The position numbers and the translations under genes are program-made. The notes under the pieces are model-generated. The model made no database searches and was not told the DNA's origin. It saw only the letters and a list, made by a program, of their open reading frames with translations. A stretch of 64,000 nucleotides of DNA. Source: Carcharhinus amblyrhynchos. Lineage: Eukaryota. The DNA is taken from assembly GCA_965287045.1 (NCBI GenBank), contig OZ336885.1:62868001-62932000 (forward strand). Direction: 5' to 3'. Of this stretch, positions 13,459 through 27,479 are shown in pieces (the first letter of the stretch is position 1; each line of letters begins with the position of its first letter).

Positions 13459-14244
13459 CACAGGCCGACAAGACAAGTTTCAGTTAACGTGCTGGTAGAA
13501 CCATCTATGTTCATAAGGTATATAGCATATAGGCAAAAGCCCAAAACATTGAAGACGCAAACGTAGATACGATCTGGGTCAGCTACACTTCTGAACGGAC
13601 TATGATAAACTTGTGTAACAACAGCAAGGACAGCTGCAGCCTCTCTGTCTGGGCACACAAAAACAAATTTTGCATCTATCTGAGATACATGAAAACAGGC
13701 TGCACGGCACGATTTTTTTTTTCGTTTTCCACGTATTACAACGTTCATTAACCCATTCACTACTGCACAGTCCTTTGCTGATTGAGACATTTTATGATTG
13801 CACGTCTCCTCGGAAACTGTGTCTTGTTGAATTAATGCTATCAACAGCTTTGTAGATGTTTCCCCTCTATCGAAACTGTGGAGCCTGTGAATCATTCGCC
13901 ATGAAATGTATCTTATGGGTCCATAAGTATTCCAGGCTGACTTCATCTGGGCTCTCTTCATAAGGCAAACACATATCACTGGTCCTCCAACACCACATGA
14001 CTGGAACATCACTAGGCTCCAAATGCCTCTCTCCCGCCTGGACTTGGGTGGAATCTAACTCCTCAAGCCTCCGCCACCCATTTCACACTGGTAACCCGGC
14101 CACACTGTACTGAGATGCCATGACCCCTTTTCAGCCAAAGTGCGCTGGCGTCACTGCTGAATTTTATCCACAGTGCACTGGGCTGTTCTACGTTTCCCCT
14201 CCCCAGGAACGTCCCCTATTAATGACTGAGGCTTTTGAGCATTT

Positions 14245-14560
14245 AAGGTAAAGTAAAATAAAACGCATGTATCAGTTACAAGTAGATTACAGTCATAATG
14301 TAATGAACTAACTTTGAAAATCCCCTTGTCACCACAGTATGATGCCTGATTGTTTTCATGGAAGGAACATTTAACATGGTCAATGCGCGTAGCCAGCACA
14401 TATTTACGCTCTGATAGGAAACTGCCGCACCCAGAGGAATCCCAGGCAGATATGGGAAGAATGTGCAAACTCCACATGCACAATGACCTAAGTCGGGAAT
14501 CGAACCTGGGCCAATGATGCTGTGTGGCTGCAATGCAAACTACTGTAACACAATGCCGCC
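14245..14560 (-). mobile_element. tRNA-derived SINE, copy 2, in a local duplication
   Basis: Aligns with 12822-13135, and the flanking sequence is shared too. Confidence 0.75.
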
Positions 14561-14869
14561 CCATTTCACTTTCCAGTCTCCCATTGAGAACCTTCCGTGT
14601 GTGCAGTCCGTTGTTGATTGACAACTTTTATTATGGCACGTCTCCAAAGAAAACAAAAAAAGTGTCTTGCTGAAATAACCCAATCAACAGCTATGTAGAT
14701 TCTTCCCCTCGACTGGAACCATGCAGCCTGTGAATCATTTATCGTGAAATTTATCTTATGGGTCCATGAGTCGTCCAGTCTGACTTCAGTTGGACTCTCT
14801 TCATAAGGCAAAGCTGTCTATTAGTTTTAAATATTCACACGTAAGGAGTCACGCCAGCAAGCTGGCACA

Positions 14870-17800
14870 GAAGTTAATTGCCCCTAGGTTTTTCAATGGT
14901 GAACAGGCCCTGTTGAGCGAAGGCACACACTGCAATAAACACGGAGGGATGTCGTCTAAGACGTTGTGCAGAGAATGCTGACTGGGAAGCTTTCTCTCCA
15001 GCTGTCAATGCCTGCGAATTGCCCGGACTTGCAACTCGGGCATCAAAAAAATGAATAACCTGCTTCCTGCAGCAAGGGTAAGGATCCCATCTTGAAACAT
15101 GTCATATGTGCTGCATAATATGAAACTCTCTCAGGCACCTTAGGGACAAACGGTGATATTCACAGCACTTGCCACCGAAACTTATGGCTCTCCCCGTTTA
15201 GTACAGAACAGTAATCGAACTCCGCCTCCGTACAACCCACGCGAGTGCCCGCAAACTCGACGTACACTTCACATGGTGTCCTTCCATACGTCATTCTGTC
15301 AATCCCTTTATATCCACCACAAGAGAAAATCTAAGAAATAGAGCAGAATCATAGCGCTTGTGTCCCCTAGCCTACTCACAGAATTTGAGTAGTGTAACCT
15401 GTACACAGCAAGGGAAGCAGAACAGAATATTTAAGGTTTGCATCCATCATACATGCCAGCATCTGCTGCCCCGTATTCTTTGAAATAACTCCCATCCTGT
15501 GAGGGCTCTTTTAGCTCCATTCCAGACTGTGTGACTTTCCTTCTTGTGGATCGTGATATGCAAGGCCATACCAGTGTCGGCAGAGCAGCTCTCCTCTTGC
15601 TGGCAGGCTCCACAACATTTTGATGAATCCACGGTGGGAAAGCCTGAGGAATCCTCTGAAGAATGCACCACTGAACCATCACAGACATCTGCGATAAACC
15701 CACCAACACATGGAATATCACGACGGTGGGGCATAAGATTGCTGAGGCTTCTGGTTCATTTTATAGTGAGCACATCACAGCCAGTGATACACAAGTGGCG
15801 GAAGTGGTAACGCCCGGCGGCTCGGACACGCGGGAGCTGTTAGATGAGAGCATCTGGCGCTTCCCAAGATATGTCCTTTGGGATTGGTCATCACGAAGCT
15901 GGTGTAAGTGAATCCCGGGTTATTTTGAATGGAATATTAGCAATCGTGCTGCGTCTACAAGTTTGTTTTGAGAATGAAAATGCAGTATTGTCGCAGGAAG
16001 TGGTGCCGACATGGCATGATTCCAATGTTAACGCATTAAGATGGCATTCGCAGTGGAAAGTCTGGGTTCGCGCTTTCTCCTCATGTGTGACAGGGGCAAA
16101 ACACCATCGAGGCACAGTGGGCCATCGCAGATGTACCGCAAGCCACGGCTGTGGCTGTTTCTGCAGGTCGGAAGCCATACGTTTTCATGGTGATTGGTGG
16201 CAGAAGGATTTTGGAAACGTAGATGGCCATGCAGGGACTCTAGCAGGGATTCAGGAGACGTTGTGGTCCCTACTTATGGGCTGCACAATTTGGTTTGTGT
16301 TCAAAGACCAATCCAATGTGGTTTTATAGATTTATCAATGCACAGAGTACTTAGCGATGGGGGTCCGGACCTTAACACATTGTCAGAGGTCTAGCGCTGA
16401 GGGACCACAGACCATGGGGAAGCCGCATCATTGACTTCAAGTCTGGCAAATCCAGTTGACTCCAAGGGAGATGGAACTCTGTCTACCTGTCCTGGCGTCT
16501 CATGGAGGGTCCCAATGGAAGTACTGAAGCCCATGACGAGGGTCCATGCCAACTAAGAGACTCCATACATCCCGAGATCCACATTATTCACATCGGTGCA
16601 TTTCAGAGGCATCTAGATAAACACCATGCCTTGGTAACAAAAGTTCTATCTACAAGTCGGCCTTGACCCTCCAGCTGTCATCCAAACTGGGAACATCATG
16701 CAAGTGCATCAAAGAGGACAGGGCGCGGATGACATCTCCGATGTAGATTCTGGGCGTCACCTACGCAACGCTAGGCTGCATGGAAGCGAAAGAAGTTGCA
16801 GCGTCAGTAAGAGGGAATCTCAGCTTTATGCAGGGTGAAGGTATTTCTAAACGTTTAAATAATTATTACTAGATATCTCTGCACAACATAGCTGTGAATA
16901 ATTTGCCTCTGGTTCTCTTTCCTCAGTGCAGAGTGTACCCTCGTCCCTGAATTCAAGGTGCAGACCGTTGTGCTGCACAACTTCTATCCCTCGATCAAAA
17001 GTTACAAAGTACCTGTTCTGCTTTCCTCAAGGATCCATCAGGCCCAGAGTGGAATAGCGCAGCATAACGTCTTCCCACAGCCTTCAACACACCGACACAG
17101 TTATCCACGCATTTGTGGTCAAAACGCTTATTCCCAAGGTACTAGTGTATAATCGGAGATCAGGTGTCATAAAGGTAGGATCCCAGAGCGTTAGAATGAG
17201 TCTCTACCAACTTCCAGCTTTGATCAAAGGTTCACATGCACAGCGGGACCAGGTCCAACAACCTGTTGGAGGGAATCCCCAGGGAAATCCACATCTTAAC
17301 CATGGCAACAGCACCACTTCACAACGACGGTGGAAACATAAATCTAATTGCAGTGATTCTCCGCATTACTCTCAGAACATTGCACTAGTACCAACAACCA
17401 TGACCATAGTGGATTGTTTCTGTTCTTCATGAGCCTTTCCAGCAGTCCAGGGTGATATTCAAAGGGCGCAGGGATGGCCGCACTACTCACATCTTGGGGG
17501 TTATCATGGATATTCCTTGGGTGCCATGCACACAACTGAATGATTATTGGTTTGTGGTCACAAAACACTGGGCCGATGAGCAAGAGAAATAAAAACCTTT
17601 CCTGTTTACAAACGGCTTTCTCTCAAATTGACCGGACCAGACATCAGTATGCGCCCCCCCCCACCCCCGCAACCCACGTACTCCTGCACATGGGGCATGC
17701 GTGTTCTGGTGGCAAAGCGTGAAGCTCGGGTCGCCCTTTATGACCTGGCCAACATCAAAGTGCGTGTGCAGTAGCTGTCTCTACAAACAATCCGTAACAT

Positions 17801-18200
17801 GATTGAAACAGTTGTGCACAAATGGCTGTGACATGCCAAATTTACCAGGAACGCTCCGGTGGCATAGAAGTTCAGGTTCGCCAGAATCCTCATGATGACT
17901 GGGTGCGCTACTTGCCCCGGATGTGCCAGTTCTTTGAATACATGCCACAGGTGCCGCACTGCCTCCTAGCAAGGGAGAACCGATGCAAGCACATAGTGTC
18001 AGCACGCACTTCAAGTATATCCTTGTTCTGTATTAGATTCCTGTAGCACATCCTGGGTCTCACCGTCTGCTCCAGAACTTCCTGTCCTGTTTCTGGCACT
18101 GGCTTGCAGCGGCTGTATGGAATCTTCCATTTCCTCAGCCTCCCCATCCTCAGCAGTTGCCACAATCATGACCATTACTATGAGTATAAGTCCGAAAACT
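14870..18200. mobile_element. Decayed PIF/Harbinger transposon 1: Myb/SANT-like gene on + (about 14878-15078), DDE transposase on - (about 17000-18200)
   Basis: APRFFNGEQALL...WEAFSPAVNA...KKMNNLLPAAR then gtaag on +; HPVIMRILANLNFYATGAF and FCDHKPIIIQLCAWHPRNIHD on -, resembling HARBI1-family motifs. True ends not resolved (possibly about 12100-19340). Confidence 0.75.
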
Positions 18201-20708
18201 ATCTGCCCGGTGGGTATTACAGAGAGACAAAGAATGAGAGAAACATACGTTTTCTTTTATTTCCCGAACTCCCTGGCCCTCATTGGGGCAAATGTCCAGA
18301 ATTGTGGCTGCTGCTAACACATTCAATTTAGTTTGTCATAGGTCATCTAAAAAGGTTGCCTGCCGTAGCTTTTGTGGCTGTTGCTGGTAGCGGCAGGATA
18401 TGTGTTTATTTTGCAGGCTTTACAATTGTGCACACTTCAGCCATTGTCACTCGTGCGACTAATCAATTCCCTTGCAGGCATGTGTCCAAAGTCAGGCTCA
18501 CTGGGCAGGTACAGCCTCCTGATTACAGCAAGTTTGTTTTTCATTCAGTGCAAAGTTCATGAGGCCTGACTGTCTGATGTAACATGAGCTTCTCTCCTCA
18601 AAAGAGACAAAAAAAAAGTCAGCTGCCTGACTTGCTGAGACTTAGAAGCACATGTCTCCCTAAAATCCACCAAAACCACCAGGACATTGAAATATGCCTC
18701 AGCTCATCCTACAGTTACAAAAATGGATCAACGATGTGTCTCGAAACAGCAGTCCAACTAGCATTCAGTAAGGACCCACACCCCAACCCATTACAAGAAT
18801 AATGCAAAATGTTTGTGGCTGGAATCACCAGTAACACGAGTGGGCAGTAAAAACAAAAACCTTCAGTCCTCCACACTGCCAGAAAAAATACAAACGGAAC
18901 ATGCCTGTGCCTGGAGACTGCACTTGCAGCACTCAATCAACTTTCCCAATTTATCCTGAATCTTTGAAAGCCCTTTCTCCACCCGCATTGCCCACACGCC
19001 CCCTCCCCACTCCTCACTTTGCGTGCTACAGCTCTATGCCACTTACGTTCTCACTCCTCTTCAGTGCAGGTACGTCAGTTTCTGAATTTATTGGGCAGGA
19101 GTAAATGACGCCATCCTGATGTAACATCAGAGATGGGGAGATTCCACACAGAGGCGAGGAAGTGGGAAGAGTGACGTGTAAGTTTAAAAAAAGAACTTTA
19201 AATTTCCGTCACGCCGATCTTCAGCGCTTATGATATCGTGCTGAACATCTGAACCTCGGGGATGTATGCAGGCCCGGGAACCCAGCGTGAATGTCACGAA
19301 ACAGCCGCCGGTGACGTCCCACGGCCTGTGTGCCCCTAATAGTGCGAACCAGGCTAGCACAAACAAGATCATTATCAACTCTCATTGCCGTAATTTAGTC
19401 CTTAACTATTCATTCGACTGCGCGTCCCTCTTTCGATCATGCTCTCGTTTTCCGAGCGATTCCACGTTCTGGTATGTTGAGTTGCTAGTCATGCCCTGAT
19501 ATCAAACGTGCTTATTAATGGGAACAATATCACGCTTCCATATGTCAATCCACCACTTTAACTTTGCAGTGTTACCTGTTAGGCTACGATTAAAGTAAAT
19601 GACATGCACGCTTGTTTTACTCGCTTGATGCTCAAAAATTCTGATCTGATTCTGAGTTTCTTTGTTTACGTACCTCGATCTTTTTAACATTCTGGTTCTC
19701 CACCCCCTGCCGAACTTGTTGGCACGACACCCAACTACCTACCAAACCTATCTGGAACGCTATTGTCCCCAAATTGAGTCAGGGCCAGCTCTTCCCGATT
19801 GTGGATATCCCACTTTTCCCAGATGTGTGGAGCCCATCAGCTAACCTTCGAATCACGGCTCCCAGAACAGCATTACTATTCAGATTTTGGAGCTGGCATT
19901 CCTTCGCATGTATTAAGCCAGCATTGTACAAAGGCTTAGATGTGGAAACATCTTACTCCATACTTAAATGTACACATTGCTTTCCAAAATATTTGACCTG
20001 TCCCATAATTTCAATATTGGAAATTCTAAACGCCTGACTGCAATTAGTTTTATCGCCCCAATAAACGAAATTGTGGTGCTATTTTGCATCACAATTTCCT
20101 TTCTCTTATTGAAAGTTTGTTCATCAACAGTTATTCAGCAATCGCCTGTATTTATTGATAATTTATTGCTAACTGTGGTTTACCTGTTTCCCAATTCTCA
20201 CAGGATTCCTACTCGCCACCCCCCCCCTCCACTCCCCCCCCCAACCACCACCACCACCCCCCCCCCCCCCCCCCCCGCCCCTAATATCAACATGGCAAAC
20301 TTAATGCCTTCTGGAAGTTCGTCCGTATTTTTCATTCATATCATTCTTCTCCCAAGCCCCGTCGATGGAACCTTCGCCTGCTTACGTTTTTGCCTCGTTT
20401 TCTTGGATTCGTTTCGGATTCAGTGTTGGTAACAGATCTTTCAGCAATCGCTGTGGTTTATAAAATGTTGATGTCTGTTTTTTTATCACTTGTCTTTCCC
20501 TTTTAATTATAGGCTTCTCTATGTCCAATGTTTATTTATTTTTAAATAATCCTCGATTTTATTGTTTGTGTTAATAATTACGAGTCAAAATTACACCTGT
20601 TATTCGGCATGCAATTAATACAAATATATATGTCCGATCAGACTGATGCCGCATTTGTGGGAATATTTTCCAACACATAAATGAAATCAGCATGTTTGTC
20701 CATCACAG

Positions 20709-20735
20709 AAAAGAAGTTGAAGGAAAAAGAGAAAG
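20709..20735 (+). CDS. Microexon B2 (27 nt): EKKLKEKEK
   Basis: tttgtccatcacag|AAAAGAAG...GAGAAAG|gtatgt. Confidence 0.85.
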
Positions 20736-23700
20736 GTATGTACTGAGGTTGGCGGCGAGTTCACAGGGATAAATTGAGATTCCAATACAAAATGACGAAC
20801 AATGAAGTGGAAATATGTTTTCTAATGCTTCTCTTCGACTCTCATCCCCCATTTCGCTTAAATCATTCCACACCATATCGGCGAAGAACAAATAAATTGC
20901 ATTTGAAAACTTTATGACGACGCTGATAAAAAAAAATACTGTCGTACATTTTCATGATTTGTACATACCAGACAGCTCACCGTTCGCAATAAACGACCCT
21001 TTATAGTCTAACGAAAAATAAAGAGAAATCGATGTCCATTTAAATTTAATTTGGTAGCATTGGCATTTTCGGTATCATTTCTAATTGTTTTCGTACTGCA
21101 AGGAAAAAAAAATCTGCATGGAATTTCGACTGAAGTCTGGCGAAATTTTACATTATCAATTGAATAGTATTTTCTTATAATTTACTAACTTGAAAATCCG
21201 TTAGCGCTCCTAGGTGCGAAGGAAAGCTGTTGTGGTCTTTCTTAGGAAGAAACAAATAAGAACAAGTAAACAATTTTGTGCAATTTTAAGAACACATACA
21301 TTTCCTTCACATTATTGTAGACGGTTACCATAAAGAAGTGTGTGTTTGTGTGTGTGCTTGTGTGTGTACGTGGAAGCGCCGCGTAACGATGTCTCTTTTG
21401 TCTCAAAATTACAGTACAACGTATGTTATTAGCATATCTAAACATTTGGGCATTAATGTCTCAAAATCAGCATGCGTTAGCCTCACATTTCTTTCAATCT
21501 TTATAATTGGCGTTCATGCTTTCTCTTTTGAACCTCAACGTTTGTTTTCAGGTTACCTTTTTTCAATTCCTCGGCTGAGATTCCCACCAAGCCACACAAT
21601 TAAAACGTGTATATTGTAATTATGCTTTGTGAATATTTCTATACATATAGACATTCCCAACTCGTTTTGCCAGGACACATTCGTCAGTCTTGTAAAATTC
21701 AGTTTGCCTGCCAAATATCGACAGGATGTTTTTTTTTGGCTGCGTGCACAGCTGCAAGTAACATTCATACTATCACCCGAGCAAGATGTGACAAACGTTT
21801 TAAAAATAATCAGTCGTGATTCTCTCAAAACAACAAAAAAAAGTCTAACTAGTGAAAAACGGGAATAATTTAACCTGACCTCTTTACCCTGCCACACAGA
21901 CGAGGCCTGACTGATATCCCACCAACACACAGATATTAGAGCTACGAACCTCCTCAGGCCAGCGCCGATAACGTGCTCTCCACCCTCCCCGCCCCCCCCC
22001 ACCCCCTCGGCCCCACCACTTCCCAAACCTGCACTCCCCACCTCCCACACCCACCAACCCCTTCTCACTCCAAACCGCTGGCCAGCCCTTATCTCCCTGC
22101 CGCCAGACCGGTTTATTTGAACATACTTCGGATTAGTGTGCAATGACAGGAGCTTAAACAGCCGGCTCGGGGAATGGTAGCTCCTGGAACAAGTGTCTGC
22201 GTTGCTGCATCTGAAATAACACTAAACGGCGTTTGTCATGCTCAAAGCATTGTCTTCAGTTGATGTGCGATAGGTCGCGAAATGAAGCAATTGATACTTT
22301 TTGGTGATTTAGGAAGTGGCATCAAGTGTGCTGTGCACAACGACGTTTCGAAGGATCAGTATTGATGGAGCATGGATCTCTTTGTTTCTCATTTGAACGA
22401 CACCAGTCATGTTCTGGTGGCAGGTTCGAACAGTCTCTCCTTTGCAAAGCAACAGATTTTTCAGGATGCTATTTGGGAGAGTAATTGTCATCAACTGAGC
22501 ATCTAACTTTGTAAATGACGCGAGATTTTTTTTTCATTCCACTAGTTCTGAACCAATGGCTGCAAATTAGTTTTCCAAACTATTAACTTTGCTTATATGA
22601 AGGGAAACAATAACAAATTTGATTAAATGCCTCAACGTGTTTCGACTAATCTGTCAAATTAAAATGTTTAATTTGTTTTAAGTTTCGAATTAGTTATGCA
22701 ATCAGAACAATGTCTTTAGTTATGTATTGGGACAAAACATTTTCTTTATTTGTTTTTTTTCGAAAGTTCCATGCTATAATGTACGTAATGTTGATTTCAT
22801 GTATTCAGATGATGCAGAACACTATTTCAGAATTGAAATGTCACGTTTCATTTGACGTGGCACCATCGAGGATTGGGCACTGAATGAGGATTGAAATAAT
22901 GAAATGTTGAGAGAGGAGATACAAAGGAAGCAGTAGAAGTAGACAGGACCATCTCTAGGCCGAATCGTGCACGAGATACACAGATATATGGCTATGTTTC
23001 CAATGTGGTAATTATGGTACATCAAAACTCGATCGCTGAACGTTAACTGGAGAGCTTCGGGGAGGGTGGTGGGGAAATTAACTGTGCGAACAGAGTGAGG
23101 TTGAAGCTACCACCGAACACATGACAATTTTGATCAAGAAACCTAACACGAAAGGTGAACTTTAGGTTAGAAGCTTTTGATGCTAAAATGTCAATGGGAA
23201 TCCGCGGAGAGCCGAGGGAAAAAAAAGATATTTTCTGAAGAGGGACATGCCTAAAATTTCAGGAGCAGAAGGAAATGGTAAAGGGTTTAATTGGAGAATG
23301 TGTGTGTGTGTCTGTCAATGTGATAACAAGTGGGAGAGTTAATTCTGGAATGTGACTCTAACTGGATGAGTGGTAAGTACTTCCTAGTTGTTACTTAGCG
23401 CTTACATGTTAATAAACGTCCTTGTTTGTTCATTGTCCTCAATGCGAAAGGAAATGTTACCTTTCCCCATGCATTTCTGCGCATTCTAACACATTGAGAA
23501 AATGCACACAAATAACTAACGTTCCGTGCTAACTTTCTGGGGGTCGGGATCTCCTATTGTTTAACGTCAGTGGGGTTCGCAAATGCGCCCGTGTCTTTGC
23601 GTGTGTGAGTGTGTGTGTGTGTTTGTGGCGGTGGTGGTGGTGGTGGTGGGGGGGGGGGGGGGGGTGGGCAGATTGATTTCACGCACGCGCTCACGCACAT

Positions 23701-24064
23701 GTAAGTGTCCAGTTGCTTGCAAGTCGAAAAATAGAGAATTTTTTTCGTATATGTGATGTAAAATTGTTGATGAGCGTCAGTACCCAATTTAAGCAGTTAC
23801 ATTAGATAGCAGTTAGATAGGCACATGAGTGAAACGAGAATGGAGGGATATGGTAGGGGATATTAAATAGGGTTAAACCTCGGGAGACACCGGAAAGGCA
23901 GGCTGTAAGATTAATATTTTTGTCTTTATTCCACAGGTGGAGGTCCACCTCGTGTCAAACGATGGGCATGCACACGGCGGGTCGTGCGTGGGCTGCTCTT
24001 GGAAGTTCCAGGAGTGGCCTAGTACTTCATGTCGGTGTGTGTGCTTGGTCCTGGGCCGGTAGAC

Positions 24065-24382
24065 GGGCGCCGCAACAGCTCAGTGACTAGCACTGCTGGC
24101 TGTGCAGACACATGGATTTGGGCCTGTGTCTGTGGGAGTTTGCGCATTCTCCCTGTGGTTGCGTGGGTTTCCTCCGGGCGCTCCGGTTTCCTCCGACACC
24201 CCAAAGATGTGCTCTTAGGCTAATCGTTTTTTACCAAATTGACACTATTTCTTCCCTGAATCTGACTGAGAAGGGTTCCATTCGTAGACATGCAGGGTAG
24301 AATAGGTGTAGGGTGATGCGGCGGCGCGGGCTCGTTGGGCCGAAGGGCCTGTTTCCCGTGCTGGGTTGTTCTTTGTTCTTTG
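24065..24382 (+). mobile_element. tRNA-derived SINE with CR1-like tail (HE1-like)
   Basis: Head, core gtgggtttcctccgggcgctccggtttcctcc, tail gggccgaagggcctgtttcc...(tgttctt)n. Confidence 0.8.
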
Positions 24383-25609
24383 TAGCAAGAATAACAAACA
24401 GCAATCTAATATATAAGTAGGTCATGAGAAATTGGTAACATCATCTGACTGAGATTATGACTACAATAAGTGCAATGTAACAACATTAAAAATCTAATAC
24501 ATTCGAGGTAAAATCTCTTCATTCAGGCTATACTTTAGGTTCAGGTTGCGTATGCCCATTTAAAACCATGTGTAAAAAAAAAATCAGTGACAAGGATCCT
24601 TGGAAATAAAGTGTGCTGCAGAATGCAATCAATGTAATGAAGCGTCGCGATGCCAGTTAGCAGAATGTTTCAAGCAAGAACCAAACTTAATTAAATAGCC
24701 TGTGAAGAAAGTTGAAGTATGAAGAAAACAAAGATTAGCGATGATAAGATCATTGTCGTATACTTTTCTCTTTCCATTAAAAAAAAAGATCAGGACGCGA
24801 GTCTTAACTGAAAAAAAGAAATAGTTTGACGTTCGAGGTGAAACAGTGATGGAAATACAAGGGAAACAATGGCTCTGCTTCACAAGGATTTTTTTTGTAG
24901 CAACCTTCGCTTCTCTGAACATTAAATATGCTGTCTGGGTTCATGCTAATGGATTCCCCTACCACCCCCCTACCACCCCCCTTCCCCACCCCCAACAACC
25001 TCCCCCCCCCCCCCCCCCCCGCAAAAAAAAAGAAAGTCCACGGTCCCAGCAAACTCTTGATGCGCTGCAGAATTGCAAAAAGTAATAACCTTCTTGAGTC
25101 GTGGCAAAACGAGAGCCGTCACCATCTTCTATATGAGATATGTGGTTTGAATTTATTAAACATTTAAACAATCAACGTTCATTCGCTGATCTTTGAGTAA
25201 AAAAAAATTCTGTTTTCCAAAATGAAAATAGTCTTTAAATAATCCGCCAGTTTTCATTTAATTGAAGGGATCGGCTTTAGAATGAAAAATAAAATAGGAT
25301 TTAGACAGACTGTGGCAAACTCCAATTCCTCATTGATGAGTACAGATAAGAACAGGATGAAGGTCAATAAAATGAGCTTAATTTCATCTATGCAATCGAA
25401 TAATAGATTCTTAGGATCATAGATACATATGTTCATAAAATAATAGAATCTCTAATGTACGCAAGTAGGCCATTCAGCCCATACACTCTGACGATCAAGT
25501 ATCCCACCAATCTCTATCCCCGTAATCCTACGTTTTTCTGACACCTAGGGGCTATTATGTAAGGTCAATGCTCCTAACACAGATTTTCGAACGTAGGAGG
25601 TAATATCTA

Positions 25610-26555
25610 GAGATGGTTAGAAATCTGGGTTGGTGTGAGGAAACGAATTATTGAAATAAATACTTTTTTTATTCTGATTGGAAGTCAATGACTATGGGGT
25701 TCCATAGAACTCAGTGAAAGACCCCAAATACATTGCGTTTTCATTATTGGAGGAGGAAGCTGAATGCAATGTCTCCAGATTTACAGATGATACAAGTTGT
25801 GTGGGAGGGTGAGTAGTGGCGTGGATGCAAAGATGTTTCACTGTGATTTGGAAGGTGTCAGTTTCAGAAAATAATGTGGTTAAACCTGAGCTAATCCAAT
25901 TTTGTCGCAGAAAAGGAAAGACAGCTAACTATGTGAATGAGTGTAAATGGAGGGATGTTGATACTCAGTGAATTCTTGTTGCCCTCGAGCGTCAGCCTGT
26001 GAAATTAAGCGTGCAGGTACAAAAGACAGTGAATAAAGCATATAGTATGTTAGTCTTCATAGAGAGAAGTTTTGAAAATAGGGAAGAGGATACTTTTCTG
26101 CAATTCTATAGGATGGCGGGAAAGAATAAATTGGTTAGGATTATGTTCACTGGAGTTTAGAACAAAATTAGGGGATCTTATTGAATCTTAAAACAATCTA
26201 ACCCAATTACACACGGTAAATTCAGAAACAATGTTCCCAACGGTCGATGAGTTCAGAATAAGGGTGACAGTTTTAGGGTAAAAGGTAAAACTGTTTGGCA
26301 TGATCTCGGGAGACGTTGCGTCATCCAGACGTGATGAATGTGTGGAATTCATTACCATAGAATGCAGTTGAGTCCAAAACGTTCTCGAATTTCAAGAATA
26401 ATTTTGCTGTAGTTCTAAGGAATTTAGGAATCAACTGATATGGAGGTAAGTGGTGATGTGAATATTAATTTGAATGACCAGCCACGATCAGAATGAATGG
26501 CGCAGAGGGCTCGGGTGGCTGAATGACCTTCTCTAGCTTCAGTTTCTATGTTTCT
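25610..26555 (+). mobile_element. Old CR1 LINE 3' fragment
   Basis: RFTDDT-like motif (agatttacagatgatac), gtgtggaattcattacc, and tail tttctatgtttcta. Confidence 0.7.
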
Positions 26556-26754
26556 AAACAGGAGGATCCGGAAGACACGGAAGCAAACACGGAAAAGTAA
26601 ACTCAGACAGGCAGTCGTCGAAGGCCATAACTGAGCCCAGATTGTTGGTGTTCTGAGACAGCATTGCTGACTACACTTTGAGGCTGTAGTGCTAACCACC
26701 TTAGCAATGGAATGTCGGCAAAGAGCCATGGGCGATCGAAGTTCCAACCGGACG

Positions 26755-26956
26755 TTCCGGTTTCCTCCGACACCCCAAAGATGTGCTCTTAGGCTGATTG
26801 GTATACCAAATTGACACTATTCTCCCCTGAATCTGGCTACATTAGGGGTTCGACTCACATACACACAGGGCAGGGTAGGTGTAGGAAGATGCGGCGGCGT
26901 GGGCTCGTTGGGCCGAAGGGCCTGTTTCCCGTGCTGGGTTGTTCTTTGTTCTTTGT
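26755..26956 (+). mobile_element. 5'-truncated copy of the 24065 SINE; a minus-strand SINE fragment lies at about 26560-26710
   Basis: Closely similar to 24182-24382. Confidence 0.8.
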
Positions 26957-27385
26957 TGTTTAACGGGATATAATCCTCAAGTCAGCTTGGATTGAATTAC
27001 TTTATGAAGAACAACCATGAGCTCGGGGACACTTCAGTTAGCGATTAATGTGTTACGAATTCAAGATATAATTGCCTTGGAAATGACTGTAATCATCATG
27101 TATGCTGCCGGAATTTAATGCTGCAGAATTCTTGTGACTCGAGCGCTGGAAATCGAAATATTTTTAATGCCCAAATTACTTTCGATCGTCACTTGCAGAA
27201 ATGAACTGCCAAATGCGACCTAAATTGAACGGTTGCCTTTCACCGATTCATCGACCGAAGGTGCCAAGATGCTGCGAGCAATCTCGCAATTGGCCATAGT
27301 GATTGCGCAACTCACAAACGCACGACCTCTGTACTTGCAGATATGCAAAATCAACTAATATCGCTTTATTTTAATCATGATGCAG

Positions 27386-27421
27386 CATTTGCCACGTGTC
27401 GAGAATCTTTATTGGAATCAG
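27386..27421 (+). CDS. Microexon A3 (36 nt): AFATCRESLLES
   Basis: ttaatcatgatgcag|CATTTGCC...GAATCAG|gtaagc. Confidence 0.83.
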
Positions 27422-27479
27422 GTAAGCCTCGTAACAGTCAGCTATATGAAACGCTTGGAGATTATAATGAAATACGATA

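Noticed and set aside
23331-23372. 42-nt candidate exon with a strong gtaagt donor
   Set aside because: Weak acceptor, does not fit the register, and lies in probable TE-derived sequence.
23937-24022. Strong acceptor followed by GGGPPRVKRWAC...-stop
   Set aside because: Sits between LINE and SINE fragments with no other support; probably TE-derived, though a poison or alternative last exon is not excluded.
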